Of a stretch of 64,000 nt of DNA, positions 10,455-21,466 are shown one piece after another. The stretch lies in contig CAVUSN010000001.1 in NCBI GenBank assembly GCA_963744065.1, positions 49,253 through 113,252 on the forward strand, in the 5' to 3' direction. Position 1 is the stretch's first letter. Each line of letters begins with the position of its first letter. The translations under genes were made by a program, and so were the position numbers. The notes under the pieces were generated by a model, which saw only the letters and a program-made list of their open reading frames with translations, searched no databases and had not been told where the DNA came from. This DNA comes from an uncultured Actinomycetes bacterium (GTDB lineage: Bacteria; Actinomycetota; Thermoleophilia; Gaiellales; JAICJC01).

Positions 10455-12866
10455 ATGTCAATCGACTCCGCGCACGCGACCGCCAACACCGACCACCGGG
10501 ATCTGCGGGGCGACGCCGGGATGGAGTTGGTGGACGCCTACTGGCGGGCCGCGAACTACCTGTCTGTGGGCCAGATCTACCTGCTTTCCAACCCGCTGCT
10601 GCGCGAGCCGCTGGCGCCGGAGCACATCAAGCCGCGGCTGCTCGGCCACTGGGGCACCACCCCCGGCCTGAACCTGCTGTACGCCCACCTGAACCGCCAG
10701 ATCGTGCTGCATGACGTGAGCATGATGTACGTCACCGGCCCGGGCCACGGCGGCCCCGGGCTGGTCGCCACGGCGTACCTGGACGGCACCTACTCCGAGG
10801 TGTACCCGCACATCAGCCGCGACCTGGCTGGGATGTCTGCGCTGTTCCGGCAGTTCTCCTTCCCCGGCGGCATCCCCAGCCACGTGGCGCCGGAGACGCC
10901 GGGGTCGATCCACGAGGGCGGCGAGCTGGGCTACGCGCTGGCCCACGCCTACGGCGCCGCCTTCGACAACCCCGCTCTGGTCGTGGCCTGCGTGGTGGGC
11001 GACGGCGAGGCCGAGACCGGGCCGCTAGCCACCAGCTGGCACTCCAACAAGTTCCTGAACCCGGCACGCGACGGCGCCGTCCTGCCCATCCTGCACCTGA
11101 ACGGGTACAAGATCGCCAACCCGACCGTGCTCGCCCGGATCCCGGAGTCGGAACTGGTCTCGATGCTGGAAGGCTTCGGCCACCGGCCGCTGATCGTCTC
11201 CGGCGGCTACGACGGGGAGTCTCCGATGGTTGTGCACCGGCGGCTGGCCGAGGCGCTGGACGACGCGCTGGACGACATCGAGCACATTCAGCGGGCGGCC
11301 CGCCGAGGCGCCCATGGCCGGCCGACCTGGCCGATGCTGGTGCTGCGCACGCCCAAGGGCTGGACGTGTCCGCGGACGGTCGACGGCAAGCCGGTCGAGA
11401 ACACCTGGCGCGCTCACCAGGTGCCGATAGCCAACGTCCGCGAACGGCCCGAGCACCTGCGCCTGCTGGAGGAGTGGATGCGCAGCTACGGGCCGGACGA
11501 GCTGTTCGACGAGGCCGGGACGGCGATCGCCGAGCTGGGCCGGATAGTGCCGCGTGGCGAACGGCGAATGAGCGCGAATCCGAGCACCAACGGCGGTCAG
11601 GTGCTGCGCGACCTGACGCTGCCCGACTTCCGCGACTACGCCGTGGAGGTGACCGCGCCGGGCACCACGTCAACCGAGCCGACCCGAGTGTTGGGCCGCT
11701 TCCTGCGCGACGTGATCGTCCGAAACCCCGCCAGCTTCCGCCTGTTCGGGCCCGACGAGACGGCATCCAACAGGCTGGGCGACGTGTTCGAGGTGACAGG
11801 CCGCGTCTGGGAGGCGGAGCAGCTCCCGACCGACGAGGGGTTGGATCCCGACGGACGGGTGATGGAGGTGCTGTCCGAGCACCTGTGCCAGGGCTGGCTG
11901 GAGGGCTACCTGCTGACCGGCCGGCACGGCCTGTTCAACTGCTACGAGGCGTTCATCCACATCATCGACTCGATGTTCAACCAGCACGCCAAGTGGCTCA
12001 AGGTCACGCGGGGGATCCCCTGGCGGCGTCCGCTGGCATCGCTCAACTACCTGCTCAGCTCGCACGTCTGGCGGCAGGACCACAACGGCTTCTCGCACCA
12101 GGACCCGGGGTTCATCGACCACGTGGTGAACAAGAAGGCCGAGATCATCCGCGTCTACCTGCCGCCGGACGCGAACACGTTGCTCTCGGTGGCCGACCAC
12201 TGCCTGCGCAGCCGCCACTACGTGAACGTCGTCGTGGCGGCCAAGCAGCCGGCGCTCGACTACCTGTCGATGGACGACGCGATCGTCCACTGCACCCGCG
12301 GCCTGGGCATCTGGGAGTGGGCCTCCAACGATGAGGGCGGCGAGCCCGACGTGGTCATGGCCTGCTGCGGTGACATCCCGACGCTGGAGGCGCTGGCCGC
12401 CACCGCGATCCTGCGCGAGCACCTGCCGGAGCTGCGCGTGCGGGTGGTGAACGTGGTCGACCTGATGCGCCTGCAGCCCGCCAACGAGCACCCGCACGGG
12501 CTGTCGGACGTCGAATTCGACGCCCTGTTCACACCCGACCGGCCGGTCATCTTCGCCTACCACGGATACCCGTGGCTGATCCACCGGCTGACCTACCGGC
12601 GCGCCAACCACTCCAACATCCACGTGCGCGGGTACAAGGAGGAGGGCACCACGACAACGCCCTTCGACATGGTCATGCTGAACGACCTCGACCGCTACCA
12701 CCTGGCCATCGACGCCATCGATCGCGTGCCGGGCATGGTGGGCCGGTCGGCCCGGCTCCGCCAGTGGCTGGTGGACGAGCGGCTGCGGCACCGGGCATAC
12801 ACCCGCGACCACGGGGAGGACCCGGCGGACATCCGCGACTGGACGTGGCCCGGCAACCGGGAGTGA
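10455..12866 (+). CDS. xfp: xylulose-5-P/fructose-6-P phosphoketolase
   Basis: [32 protein letters not shown] and [12 protein letters not shown] motifs. Confidence 0.96.
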   Translation: MSIDSAHATANTDHRDLRGDAGMELVDAYWRAANYLSVGQIYLLSNPLLREPLAPEHIKPRLLGHWGTTPGLNLLYAHLNRQIVLHDVSMMYVTGPGHGGPGLVATAYLDGTYSEVYPHISRDLAGMSALFRQFSFPGGIPSHVAPETPGSIHEGGELGYALAHAYGAAFDNPALVVACVVGDGEAETGPLATSWHSNKFLNPARDGAVLPILHLNGYKIANPTVLARIPESELVSMLEGFGHRPLIVSGGYDGESPMVVHRRLAEALDDALDDIEHIQRAARRGAHGRPTWPMLVLRTPKGWTCPRTVDGKPVENTWRAHQVPIANVRERPEHLRLLEEWMRSYGPDELFDEAGTAIAELGRIVPRGERRMSANPSTNGGQVLRDLTLPDFRDYAVEVTAPGTTSTEPTRVLGRFLRDVIVRNPASFRLFGPDETASNRLGDVFEVTGRVWEAEQLPTDEGLDPDGRVMEVLSEHLCQGWLEGYLLTGRHGLFNCYEAFIHIIDSMFNQHAKWLKVTRGIPWRRPLASLNYLLSSHVWRQDHNGFSHQDPGFIDHVVNKKAEIIRVYLPPDANTLLSVADHCLRSRHYVNVVVAAKQPALDYLSMDDAIVHCTRGLGIWEWASNDEGGEPDVVMACCGDIPTLEALAATAILREHLPELRVRVVNVVDLMRLQPANEHPHGLSDVEFDALFTPDRPVIFAYHGYPWLIHRLTYRRANHSNIHVRGYKEEGTTTTPFDMVMLNDLDRYHLAIDAIDRVPGMVGRSARLRQWLVDERLRHRAYTRDHGEDPADIRDWTWPGNRE

Positions 12867-13942
12867 GTGCCCCGGCAGGGGACATCCTGGTCGTCAACGC
12901 CGGATCGACCAGCCTCAAGCTGCATCTGGTCGATCCGGCCGAGCAGACCCGGGCGGTTGACTCGCTCGAGGGGGTGCGGGCCGGCCAGCTGGCCGCCGTC
13001 GCCCACCGGGTGGTGCACGGCGGGCGCGAGTTCACCCACCCCTCGTTGATCGACGCACGGGTTCGGGAGCAGATCCAGGCCCTGGAACGGCTGGCGCCGC
13101 TGCACAACGGCCCGGCGCTGCGCGTCGTCGAGCAGGCGCTTGAGGCCTTTCCGGACACGCCTCAGGTGGCGGTGTTCGATACCGCGTTTCACGCCGGCAT
13201 GCCCGAGTTCGCGGCCACCTACGCCGTGCCCGCAACCTGGCGCGAGCAGTGGGGCATCCGCCGCTATGGGTTCCACGGGTTGTCGGTGGCCTGGAGCGCC
13301 CAGCGCGCGCCGGCACTGATCGGCGCCGACCCGGCGGCCTGCCGGCTGGCCGTCTGCCATCTGGGCGGCGGTTGCTCCGTGACGGCCGTCCGGGACGGCC
13401 GTTCGATGGACACCAGCATGGGATTCAGCCCGCTGGAGGGCGTGCCGATGGCCACCCGCTCGGGCTCCATCGACCCGGGCATCCTGCTCTACCTGGAGCG
13501 CGAGCACGGGCTGAACGCGGATGACCTGGAGCGGGCGCTGAACCACGACTCCGGGCTGGCCGGGTTGACCGGCGGGCTGGGAGGAGTGCTCGAGGCCGAA
13601 CAGGCGGCGGCCGCCGGCGATGCCGCTGCAGAGCTTGCGCTGGAGGTGCTCGCATACAGGGTGGCGGGTGCGGTGGCGGCGATGGCTGTGGCGGCAGGCG
13701 GCCTGGACGCGGTGGTCTTCACCGCCGGCGCCGGGCAGCGCTCGCCCGGACTGCGGGGGCGGGTGTGCGGACGGCTGACCCACCTCGGCGTGGAGCTTGA
13801 TCGCGAGCGCAATCTGGCCGCCGACGGCGACGCCGACATCAGCGCCGACGGTGCCGCCGTGCGCGCACTGGTGGTGGCGGCACGCGAGGAACTGGTGGCC
13901 GCGCGGGCCGCCCGCCAGTTGCTGGCCATCGCTCCCGGCTAG
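12863..13942 (+). CDS. ackA: acetate/propionate kinase
   Basis: [39 protein letters not shown] and HLGGGCS. The GTG start overlaps the xfp stop. Confidence 0.9.
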   Translation: MSAPAGDILVVNAGSTSLKLHLVDPAEQTRAVDSLEGVRAGQLAAVAHRVVHGGREFTHPSLIDARVREQIQALERLAPLHNGPALRVVEQALEAFPDTPQVAVFDTAFHAGMPEFAATYAVPATWREQWGIRRYGFHGLSVAWSAQRAPALIGADPAACRLAVCHLGGGCSVTAVRDGRSMDTSMGFSPLEGVPMATRSGSIDPGILLYLEREHGLNADDLERALNHDSGLAGLTGGLGGVLEAEQAAAAGDAAAELALEVLAYRVAGAVAAMAVAAGGLDAVVFTAGAGQRSPGLRGRVCGRLTHLGVELDRERNLAADGDADISADGAAVRALVVAAREELVAARAARQLLAIAPG

Positions 13943-13951
13943 ACTCGCGGC

Positions 13952-14377
13952 GTGCTGATCGGCGTGGTCGGAGACCACAACCCGTGGGACGCAGCCAGCG
14001 TGCCCGCAGACCAGCCGCAGCAGACGCTCATTGAGGAACGACCTCCTGGGTCGCGCGCAGCGGCGCTGTACGGATCAGACGAGGTGGTCGAGGACTTCTA
14101 CTGCAACTACGGGCTCAACCCGGACTACCGGCCTGCGTTCGAGCGGGCCGGGCTGCGGGTGAGCGGCGTCGGAGGCGACGGCGAGGTGCGGATCGTCGAG
14201 CTCCCGCGGCACCCCTTCTTCCTGGCAACGCTCTTCTGCTTCCAGACCCGCTCGACGGACCGGACGCACCCGCTGGTGGCGGGCTTCGTCCAGGTGGTAC
14301 ACGCGCGGCGGCCTGAGCGGGCGGACCGGGCGGGCAAGTGCCCCGGGCAGGAATCGAACCTGCGACGCCGGCCTTAG
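13952..14377 (+). pseudogene. stand-alone CTP-synthase C-terminal-like glutamine amidotransferase with its core replaced by a MITE remnant
   Basis: IGVVGDHNP N-terminus and PGSRAAALYG..FYCNYGLNP..HPFFLATLF C-terminus are present. The GTCGG-type nucleophile region is absent. 13983-14044 matches the MITE at 24399-24460. Confidence 0.75.
13983..14049 (+). mobile_element. right-hand fragment of the 174-bp MITE plus CCTGG target
   Basis: 58/62 identity to 24399-24460, followed by CCTGG. Confidence 0.85.
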
Positions 14378-14411
14378 GAGAGCCGCGCTCTATCCTCTGA
14401 GCTACCGGGGC
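14339..14411 (-). tRNA. tRNA-Arg (anticodon CCT)
   Basis: GCCCCGG acceptor stem, TAGCTCAG D-arm, CGGCT-CTCCTAA-GGCCG anticodon arm and GGTTCGATTCC T-arm. CCA is not encoded. Confidence 0.95.
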
Positions 14412-14438
14412 TGCGGCCAGTGTATCGGCCGCCTGCGG

Positions 14439-14684
14439 CTAGTCCCGAGAGATCGCCTGCAGCGCCAGCAGCAGCACCACCGCGCCCACGATCGACGCCG
14501 GCAGGCCGGCCCGCTGGCCGCCGTGGTAGAAGCCCGCCTCGCGGCCGGCGATGGTCGCCACCACCGACCCGGCCACGCCCACCACCGCCGTCACGATGAT
14601 CCCGCGCGGGTGCTTGCCGGGCACGATCAGGCGGGCCACCAGCCCGATCACCAGCCCGACGATGATGGCCCACACGATCTGCAT
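14439..14684 (-). CDS. GlsB/YeaQ/YmgE (transglycosylase-associated) stress-response membrane protein
   Basis: IIVGLVIGLVARLIVPG..GVAGS..SIVGAVVLL pattern, 81 aa. Confidence 0.9.
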   Translation of the reverse strand: MQIVWAIIVGLVIGLVARLIVPGKHPRGIIVTAVVGVAGSVVATIAGREAGFYHGGQRAGLPASIVGAVVLLLALQAISRD

Positions 14685-14785
14685 GGGAGGATGCTAACGG
14701 TTGCGCCGCGGACGGCGGACTCCATACGATCGGCATCCCGGACGCGAGGACGTCGATGGACGTGGAAGGTGATTCCCAGAGCGGT

Positions 14786-17700
14786 ATGGCCATGCGCACG
14801 CCGGAGCGCAAGGTCGTCAGCATCCTGTTCGCCGACCTGGTCGGGTTCACCCCGCTGTCCGAGCGGCTGGATGCCGAGGATGTGGCGACCATTCAGGGCG
14901 CCTACTTCGACGCCGTGCGCACGGTGGTCTCCCGGCACGGCGGGGTGGTCGAGAAGTACATCGGCGATGCGGTAATGGCGGTCTTCGGCGTGCCCCGGGT
15001 GCGCGAGGACGACGCCGCCCGGGCCATTGCCGCCGGGCTGGCGTTGACCGGCGCCGTTGCGGGCATCTCGGGCTCGCTGGGTCTGCCGGCGGACGCCCTG
15101 CAGGTGCGGGTGGCCGTGAACAGCGGCGAGGTCGTCCAGGCCGCGGCGCCATCCGCGGACAGCGGCCTGGTGACCGGCGATGCGGTCAACGTGGCCGCCC
15201 GGCTGCAATCCGAGGCCGCCCCCGGGCGGGTGCTGGTGGGGCCGCTGACGGCGCTCCTGGCGGCCGATGCGGTGGAGCTGGAGCCGTCCCGCCAGCTGAC
15301 GGTCAAGGGCAAGTCCGAGCCGCTGGCGGCGGCGCACGTGGTGGCGATGCGCCCGCGCCGCTCGCGCGAACTGGCGATGGGGTCGCTGCGGGCGCCGCTG
15401 GCCGGCCGCGACGGCGAGCTGGCGGCACTCGAAGGGGCGTGCGCCGCCGTGGCCGGGGACGGTGGAGCGCTGGTGTCCGTGATCGCGCCGCCGGGCGCCG
15501 GCAAGAGCCGGCTGCTGGCCGAGCTGGCGATCCGCAGGCGGGCCGCCCAACCAGTGCTGGAGGCGGTGGTGATGCCGGATGCGCTGCGGCCGTTCGACGC
15601 CGTCGCCCAGCTGCTGGTCGCCGCCCTGAAGCGGGCCGGTGGCCCGATGCAGGCGGCGCTGGCGGCGGCCGGCTGTCCGCCGCACCGGGCGGCGGTGCTG
15701 GCGGAGGAGGCAGCGGCCCTGACCTCGCCGGATGCGGCCGCGGCCGGCGAGCACGACCGCGACCGCATCTTCCGCTCGTGGACCGAGACCCTGCGCCGCC
15801 TGTGCCCCGGCGCGGTATGGCTGGTGGACGATCTGCACTGGTCGGCGGCCGACCTGCGTGCCTTCCTGCTGGCGGCGGTCGAGGACGGCGCGACGGTCGT
15901 GGCCGCGGCCCGGCCGTCGCTGGCGGCCGACCATCCGGAGTGGACGGAGCATGCGCGGCTGCTCGAGCTGTCGCCGCTTGCACCCGCGCCGGCGGCCCAG
16001 TTGGCCCGCGACCTGGTGGGGAACGCGATCACTCCCGAGCTGGGGGAGCGGATCGCCGCCGCCTCCGACGGAAATCCGCTGTTCATCGAGGAGCTCATGC
16101 GAAGCTGGGCCGGCTCCGGCCTGATCGACGAGGGTCCGAACGGCTGGCGGATGCTGGTCGAGCCGGACGCGATCGCGATCCCCATCGGCATCCAGGCCGT
16201 GTATTCGGGCCAGTTGGATGATCTGCCGGAGGATGCCCGCCGGTTGACCCGGCTGGCGGCGGTGTGCGGTCGGCGCTTCGCCGCGGGAGCGCTGGGCGCG
16301 CTGGGCGTCGACGCGGCCGGTGGAGCGCTGGACACCATTCAGCGGCGCGGATTGGTGTCCGGACCGGCCGAGGATCCGGTGCTGGGGCCAACCTACAGCT
16401 TCCGCCACGCGCTGCTTCGGGAGGCGGCCTACGGCACACTGACCCGGTCCGAGCGGGCGCGCCTGCACGCGGCCCTGGCCGACTGGTTGGCAGCGCGCGA
16501 GGGCGACCGGGGCGAGACCGCCGAGCTCGTCGCCCGCCACCTGCGGGCGGCGCTGCGCGAGGCACCGGCACTGGGCGCGGAGATCGCTCCCGGCCTGACC
16601 CGCGACGGCGCCAGCGAGGCCGCCGCCCGGTGGTTCGAACAGGCTGCTGCCGCCGCTGCGGCAGGCACCGCCCGAGAGACCGCAGCCGGGCTGCTCCGGG
16701 AGGCACTGGAGCTGACAGCGCCGGAGGCGGCCGGCGACCAGGCCCGCCGGCTGCGGCTGTTGGGTGAGGTGCTGTCCACCGGTGGGGACCTGGCCGACGC
16801 TGGGGAGGCGCTGGAACAGGCGCAGGCACTGCTGGAGGGGATTCAGCCGCTCCCCAGGGCCGAGTATGCGGCGGCGGTCGCCGCGCTGGCCTGGGTGCGA
16901 CACGAGCAGATCCGGTTTCGGGAGGCAGCCGAGCTGGCGGCCGCCGCCCGGCGGCGGATCGGTGACGGCGACGACACCGCCACCGGGTCGCTGATGCTGA
17001 TCCAGGGCCTGGCCGAGATCGCCGAGACCGACGACGCAGCCTGGTCCGAGCTGATGGAGCAGGCCCTGGCCATCGCCCGCTCCGTCGGCGATCGCAGGCT
17101 CGAGTTGCAGGCGCTGCGAGCGGTGGTGCCGGCGACGGCGACCGATGCCGCCGGCGAGGCACGCGGCTGGGACGAGATCGAGGCCCTTGCCTCGCGGCTG
17201 GGCGAGGTGGAGGCGCGGGTGTCGGCGATCCGAAACCGCGCCATCGTCCGCCGCTTTGACGGCGGGCGACCCGACCCCCGCGCCCTGGATGCTGCCGTGG
17301 AACTGGCTGAAGCACACGGGCTGGCGGAGACCGTGGGATGGCTGGACTACGCCGGCTCGGAGATGCTGTTTCTGGACGACGACATGGATGGCGCGCTTCG
17401 GCTGGCGCTGTCCGCCGTGGCCCGCGGCGAGGCCAGGCGCTCCGCCCGGCTGACCGTGCGCGCCTGGTTCGTGGCACTGCCGATCCTGGCCGGGCGGCCC
17501 GGAAGCGAGCCCGAACTGCGGCGGGCCGCCAGCTTCCTGCGGGCCGTCGAGCGGGAGGGCGTGCCCGAGTCGCCGTACGCTCGCATCATGGTGCCGGCGG
17601 CGTGGCTGCACCTGGCCGCCGGCGGCGTGGCCGATGCCCGGCCGCCCGAGCCAGGCGACCGCATGAGTTCGTTCCGTCTGGCCTATGGAGACACAAGCTG

Positions 17701-17977
17701 GACGCTGTCGGTGGAGACGGTGACGAAGGCCTGGATGGACGTGGGCTGGATGGACGCGGTGGCGGCCGCGCTGGGCGAGTTGGAGCAGCAGCTGGGCCGG
17801 CGCGACGTCAACGACCTGACCCGGGCCAGCTTCCACCTGCAATCTGCGCAGCTGGCTGTGGCGATGGGCGAGCCGCCGGCCGCCGTGGGCGAGCACGCCA
17901 GACGGGCTTCCGAGGCGGCCCGTGGAGCGCGGGCGCCGCGCTGGGAGCGGGCGGCCCGGGAGGTTGTGTCTAGCTGA
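14786..17977 (+). CDS. class III adenylate/guanylate cyclase + STAND-type AAA ATPase + helical-repeat protein
   Basis: FADLVGFT, EKYIGDAVMAVFG, TGDAVNVAARLQ, P-loop APPGAGKS, DDLHW, GNPLFIEE and FRHALLREAAY. The start is uncertain (14756 or 14786). Confidence 0.88.
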   Translation: MAMRTPERKVVSILFADLVGFTPLSERLDAEDVATIQGAYFDAVRTVVSRHGGVVEKYIGDAVMAVFGVPRVREDDAARAIAAGLALTGAVAGISGSLGLPADALQVRVAVNSGEVVQAAAPSADSGLVTGDAVNVAARLQSEAAPGRVLVGPLTALLAADAVELEPSRQLTVKGKSEPLAAAHVVAMRPRRSRELAMGSLRAPLAGRDGELAALEGACAAVAGDGGALVSVIAPPGAGKSRLLAELAIRRRAAQPVLEAVVMPDALRPFDAVAQLLVAALKRAGGPMQAALAAAGCPPHRAAVLAEEAAALTSPDAAAAGEHDRDRIFRSWTETLRRLCPGAVWLVDDLHWSAADLRAFLLAAVEDGATVVAAARPSLAADHPEWTEHARLLELSPLAPAPAAQLARDLVGNAITPELGERIAAASDGNPLFIEELMRSWAGSGLIDEGPNGWRMLVEPDAIAIPIGIQAVYSGQLDDLPEDARRLTRLAAVCGRRFAAGALGALGVDAAGGALDTIQRRGLVSGPAEDPVLGPTYSFRHALLREAAYGTLTRSERARLHAALADWLAAREGDRGETAELVARHLRAALREAPALGAEIAPGLTRDGASEAAARWFEQAAAAAAAGTARETAAGLLREALELTAPEAAGDQARRLRLLGEVLSTGGDLADAGEALEQAQALLEGIQPLPRAEYAAAVAALAWVRHEQIRFREAAELAAAARRRIGDGDDTATGSLMLIQGLAEIAETDDAAWSELMEQALAIARSVGDRRLELQALRAVVPATATDAAGEARGWDEIEALASRLGEVEARVSAIRNRAIVRRFDGGRPDPRALDAAVELAEAHGLAETVGWLDYAGSEMLFLDDDMDGALRLALSAVARGEARRSARLTVRAWFVALPILAGRPGSEPELRRAASFLRAVEREGVPESPYARIMVPAAWLHLAAGGVADARPPEPGDRMSSFRLAYGDTSWTLSVETVTKAWMDVGWMDAVAAALGELEQQLGRRDVNDLTRASFHLQSAQLAVAMGEPPAAVGEHARRASEAARGARAPRWERAAREVVSS

Positions 17978-19160
17978 TCTCGGCCACGTGCGGCGCCGAC
18001 GGCAGCACCCGCAGCACCAGCTCACCGCGCAGCAGCGCCATCAGCCGCTCGCCGGCCAGCTGGAAGCGCCAGCCGCGCAGCAGAGGGTGGTCATCCTGGC
18101 CTCGGGCCGCGGCCACAATCAGGCTCTCCAGATCGGCCCGGGTGGCCACCAGCTCGGAGGCGATGCCGGCACCGGCGCAGCAGGCGTGCAGCACCGAGCT
18201 GGCCAGCGGCAGCACCACCCGCACACGCCGCCGCAGGTCTGACGACAGCTCGCCCTCCACGGGCGGCGGTAGGCCGGCGGCGGCCAGCGCCGCCAGCAGG
18301 CCATCCAGCTGGGGGCCCCGGCGCAGCTGCAGGCCGCGCACGTTCTGCGCGTCGGCGGCGGAGGTCGGCCGGCGGCGGGCCAGCTCGATCAGCGTCGCAT
18401 CCTTCACCAGCCAGGCCGCGGGGATGTCGCGCCGGCGGGCCTCCCGCTCCCGCCAGTCGGCGGCGGCCACCAGCGCCGCCAGCTGCTCGCCGCGCAGCTT
18501 TCCGCGGCCGGACACCCTCCGCCATGCCTGGGCTGGATCCTGGACGATGGCCGCGTCGGCGCCGAACCTGGCATCCAGTTCCTCATCCAGCCAGGCCTGC
18601 CGGCCCAGCTTGGCCAGCCGGTCGGACAGCACGTCCGCCGCCGCCAGCAGATGGCTGACATCGGCGGCTGCATACTCCACCTGGGTCTGGGTCAGCGGCC
18701 GCCGCTGCCAGTCGGTGAACCCCTCGTCGTGCGGCAGGTGCACCCCCAGCGCGGCATCGAGCAGCCGCTCCAGGCTGAGCGAGCCGCCGAAGCCCGCGAA
18801 GCCGGCGGCCAGCTGGGTGTCCAGGATGGCGGCCGGGCGCACGTCGAAATGCAGCAGGAAAGCCGCCAGGTCTCCGGACGCGGCGTGCATCACCTTGGTC
18901 ACCGCCGGGTCGGCCACCAGCTCCGCGACGGGCTGGGCTGGCGCGCCCTCCAGCGGGTCGACCACAGCCACACGGGCGGCGGTGGCGATCTGGATCAGGC
19001 TCAGGGCCGGCGCATAGGTGCGCTCCCACACGAACTCGGTGTCCAACGCGCAGCGGCCCTCCGCACGGGCCTCGGCCAGCACCGGCGCCAGGCTCTCGGC
19101 GGAGCTGATGCGCTCAATCGGAGGCCCGTCTGCGGGCGCATGCGAGGCGGCCTTGACCAC
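17970..19160 (-). CDS. rnd: ribonuclease D (DEDD exonuclease + HRDC)
   Basis: ALDTEFVWERTY, DTQLAA, DWQRRPLT..YAAADV and WREREARRRD. Confidence 0.9.
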   Translation of the reverse strand: MVKAASHAPADGPPIERISSAESLAPVLAEARAEGRCALDTEFVWERTYAPALSLIQIATAARVAVVDPLEGAPAQPVAELVADPAVTKVMHAASGDLAAFLLHFDVRPAAILDTQLAAGFAGFGGSLSLERLLDAALGVHLPHDEGFTDWQRRPLTQTQVEYAAADVSHLLAAADVLSDRLAKLGRQAWLDEELDARFGADAAIVQDPAQAWRRVSGRGKLRGEQLAALVAAADWREREARRRDIPAAWLVKDATLIELARRRPTSAADAQNVRGLQLRRGPQLDGLLAALAAAGLPPPVEGELSSDLRRRVRVVLPLASSVLHACCAGAGIASELVATRADLESLIVAAARGQDDHPLLRGWRFQLAGERLMALLRGELVLRVLPSAPHVAEIS

Positions 19161-19218
19161 GGCTCAAGGGTAGCGCGCCACCGTGGCCGGCCCGCCCGCG
19201 CAGTATGCTGGCGGACGG

Positions 19219-19695
19219 ATGAGCGCATGGGTGATCTGGGTGGTTGCAGCCGCCGTGCTGTTGGTGGTCGAAGCCACCACCACAGCGTTCGTGGCGGTGT
19301 ATTTCGGACTGGCCGCGGCGATCACCGCCGTACTGGCGGTCGTGGGGCTGCCATTCACGCTGCAGCTGGCGGCGTTCGCCGGCCTGTCGGTGGGCGGGAT
19401 GCTGCTGACCCGCCCGGCGCTCAAGCGGCTGGCCTCCTCCACGGCGGTCATGCGCACCGGCGTGGACGCCATGCGCGGACGCAAGGGGATCGTCGTCAAG
19501 CCGATCTCCGAGCTGGACTCCGGCCAGGTCAAGGTGGAGGGCGAGATCTGGACCGCGCGCTGTTTCTACGAGGGCGAGCCGCTAGCCGAGGGCACCCGCG
19601 TCGAGGTGGTGGAGGTGCGCGGAGTGACTGCGCTGGTGGTACCGGCGCCGTCCCCGTACGAGATCCCCGAGCAAGGAGCGCCGACCGGTGACTGA
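19219..19695 (+). CDS. NfeD family protein
   Basis: TM N-terminus and OB-fold GQVKVEGEIWTAR, directly upstream of an SPFH gene. Confidence 0.88.
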   Translation: MSAWVIWVVAAAVLLVVEATTTAFVAVYFGLAAAITAVLAVVGLPFTLQLAAFAGLSVGGMLLTRPALKRLASSTAVMRTGVDAMRGRKGIVVKPISELDSGQVKVEGEIWTARCFYEGEPLAEGTRVEVVEVRGVTALVVPAPSPYEIPEQGAPTGD

Positions 19696-20677
19696 TCTGA
19701 TTCTGGTGGTTGTGCTCGTCGTCCTGGCCATGATCGGGATGGGCACATCCGTCCGCGTGGTTCGCCAGAGCTATGTGGGCATCGTCGAACGGTTCGGGCG
19801 CTACACCCGCTCGCTGGGCCCGGGCGTGCACCTGCTGGTGCCGTTCCTCGACCGTCTGCGGATGATCGTGGACATGAAGGAGACGGTGCAGCCGTTCGCG
19901 CCCCAGCCCGTGATCACCGAGGACAACGTGACGATCGGGATCGACACGGTCGTGTACTACATGGTGACCGATCCGGTCAAGGCCACCTACGAGGTGGCAA
20001 ACGTGCTGGTGGCCATGGAGCAGCTGACCATCACCACGCTGCGCAATGTGGTCGGCGCGATGACGCTCGAGGAGACGCTGACCAGCCGCGACCAGATCAA
20101 CTCGCAGCTGCGCTCCGTGCTGGACGAGGCGACCGAGAAGTGGGGCGTGCGGGTGACCCGGGTGGAGCTGAAGTCGATCGACCCGCCGCGCTCGATCCAG
20201 GAGGCGATGGAGCAGCAGATGCGCGCCGACCGGGCCAAGCGGGCTACCGTGCTGCAGGCCGAGGGCGAGAAGCAGTCGGCCATTCTGCGCGCCGAGGGGC
20301 TGCGGCAGGCCGCCATCCTGAACGCCGAGGCCGATCAGCAGGCCAACGTGCTGCGCGCCGAGGGCGAGCGGCAGGCCCGGGCGCTGCGCGCACAGGGCGA
20401 GGCCGAGGCGCTGGGCAAGATCTTCCAGACCGTGCAGGAGTCGGGCATCGCCCCCTCCGACATGCTTGGCTACAAGTACCTGGAGGCGCTGCCGGCGGTG
20501 GCCGCGGGCGACGCCAACAAGCTGCTGCTGCTGCCCACCGGGGCCGCCCAGGCGATGGGGGCGGTGGCCGGCCTGGGCGCGGCCTTCGCCGAGGGCACGG
20601 CCGCGACTCCGGCGGCCCGGCCGGCGCCCCGCCGGCCGAAGCCGGACGACGACCCGCCGGAGCAGCCCGGATCGTGA
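19688..20677 (+). CDS. SPFH/stomatin domain protein
   Basis: VERFGRY, QPVITEDNV, TTLRNVVG, EKWGVRVTRVE and AEG repeats. Confidence 0.93.
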   Translation: MTDLILVVVLVVLAMIGMGTSVRVVRQSYVGIVERFGRYTRSLGPGVHLLVPFLDRLRMIVDMKETVQPFAPQPVITEDNVTIGIDTVVYYMVTDPVKATYEVANVLVAMEQLTITTLRNVVGAMTLEETLTSRDQINSQLRSVLDEATEKWGVRVTRVELKSIDPPRSIQEAMEQQMRADRAKRATVLQAEGEKQSAILRAEGLRQAAILNAEADQQANVLRAEGERQARALRAQGEAEALGKIFQTVQESGIAPSDMLGYKYLEALPAVAAGDANKLLLLPTGAAQAMGAVAGLGAAFAEGTAATPAARPAPRRPKPDDDPPEQPGS

Positions 20678-20727
20678 CGTCCGTGGCTAACCCCTCGCCG
20701 GGGCGCGTCTGTAGAATCCGCCCCGCC

Positions 20728-21462
20728 GTGAACGTGCCGCCCCGACGATCGCGACTGTGGGCAGTCTCCGCGCTCGCCGCGTCCATCGTGCTGATGGTGT
20801 CTGCGGCGCCGGCCTGGGCCGACACGGCCACGCCTGTCAACCCGGCGTCGTCCAACGCAACGGCTATCGACTCGATATACCGAGCCGCACTCGGAGTGAC
20901 TGTGACGATCTTCGTGCTGGTGGGCGGCTGGCTCCTGTACACCGCCATCCGTTTTCGGGTAAAGCCAGGCATGGTGGCGCCCGAACCGCCCCAGGTGCGC
21001 GGCTCGACGCGGCTGGAGATCGGCTGGACGGTGGTGCCGGTGCTGATCCTGGTCGCGCTGGCCGGCTACACGCTGGACAAGATCCCCCAGGCCGAGAACA
21101 TCGGCGGGCCGGGCTCGATCAAGATCGCGGTCCTGGCGCAGCAGTTCTCGTTCTCCTACACCTATCCCAACGGCAAGCCGCCCAAGAACCCCAGCGTGCT
21201 GGTGGTGCCGGTGGACACGCCGATCGAGATCGACCTGCGCTCAAAGGACGTCGCCCACGACTTCTGGGTGCCTTCGCTGGGCCCCAAGGTGGACGCCATC
21301 CCCGGCCAGATGAACCGCACCGGGTTCACGGCCGACAAGATCGGCACCTACCAGGGCCAGTGCGCCGAGTTCTGCGGACCGGGCCACGCCACCATGACGA
21401 TCACGGTCAAGGTGGTCTCCAAGCAGGCCTTCGCCAACTACATGCCGGGAGTCGGAGGGTGA
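20728..21462 (+). CDS. ctaC: cytochrome c oxidase subunit II (no cytochrome c domain)
   Basis: LEIGWT, DVAHDFWVP, DAIPG and CuA motif CAEFCGPGHATM. Confidence 0.92.
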   Translation: MNVPPRRSRLWAVSALAASIVLMVSAAPAWADTATPVNPASSNATAIDSIYRAALGVTVTIFVLVGGWLLYTAIRFRVKPGMVAPEPPQVRGSTRLEIGWTVVPVLILVALAGYTLDKIPQAENIGGPGSIKIAVLAQQFSFSYTYPNGKPPKNPSVLVVPVDTPIEIDLRSKDVAHDFWVPSLGPKVDAIPGQMNRTGFTADKIGTYQGQCAEFCGPGHATMTITVKVVSKQAFANYMPGVGG

Positions 21463-21466
21463 TCCG

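Noticed and set aside
14339-14411. Integrative element at tRNA-Arg
   Set aside because: No integrase and no duplicated tRNA 3' end were seen in the window.
14786-17977. STAND cyclase as an anti-phage (Pycsar/Avs-like) system
   Set aside because: This is a common actinobacterial cyclase-ATPase-repeat architecture, with no adjacent effector or defence-island context.
14648-18025. Long antisense and alternative-frame ORFs (e.g. 1125 aa)
   Set aside because: Shadow ORFs expected in very GC-rich DNA. They are Arg/Pro/Gly-rich with no motifs.
20140-20727. N-terminal extension of CtaC (440-aa ORF)
   Set aside because: It overlaps the SPFH gene out of frame. The signal-peptide-like start at 20728 follows a TAGAAT box.
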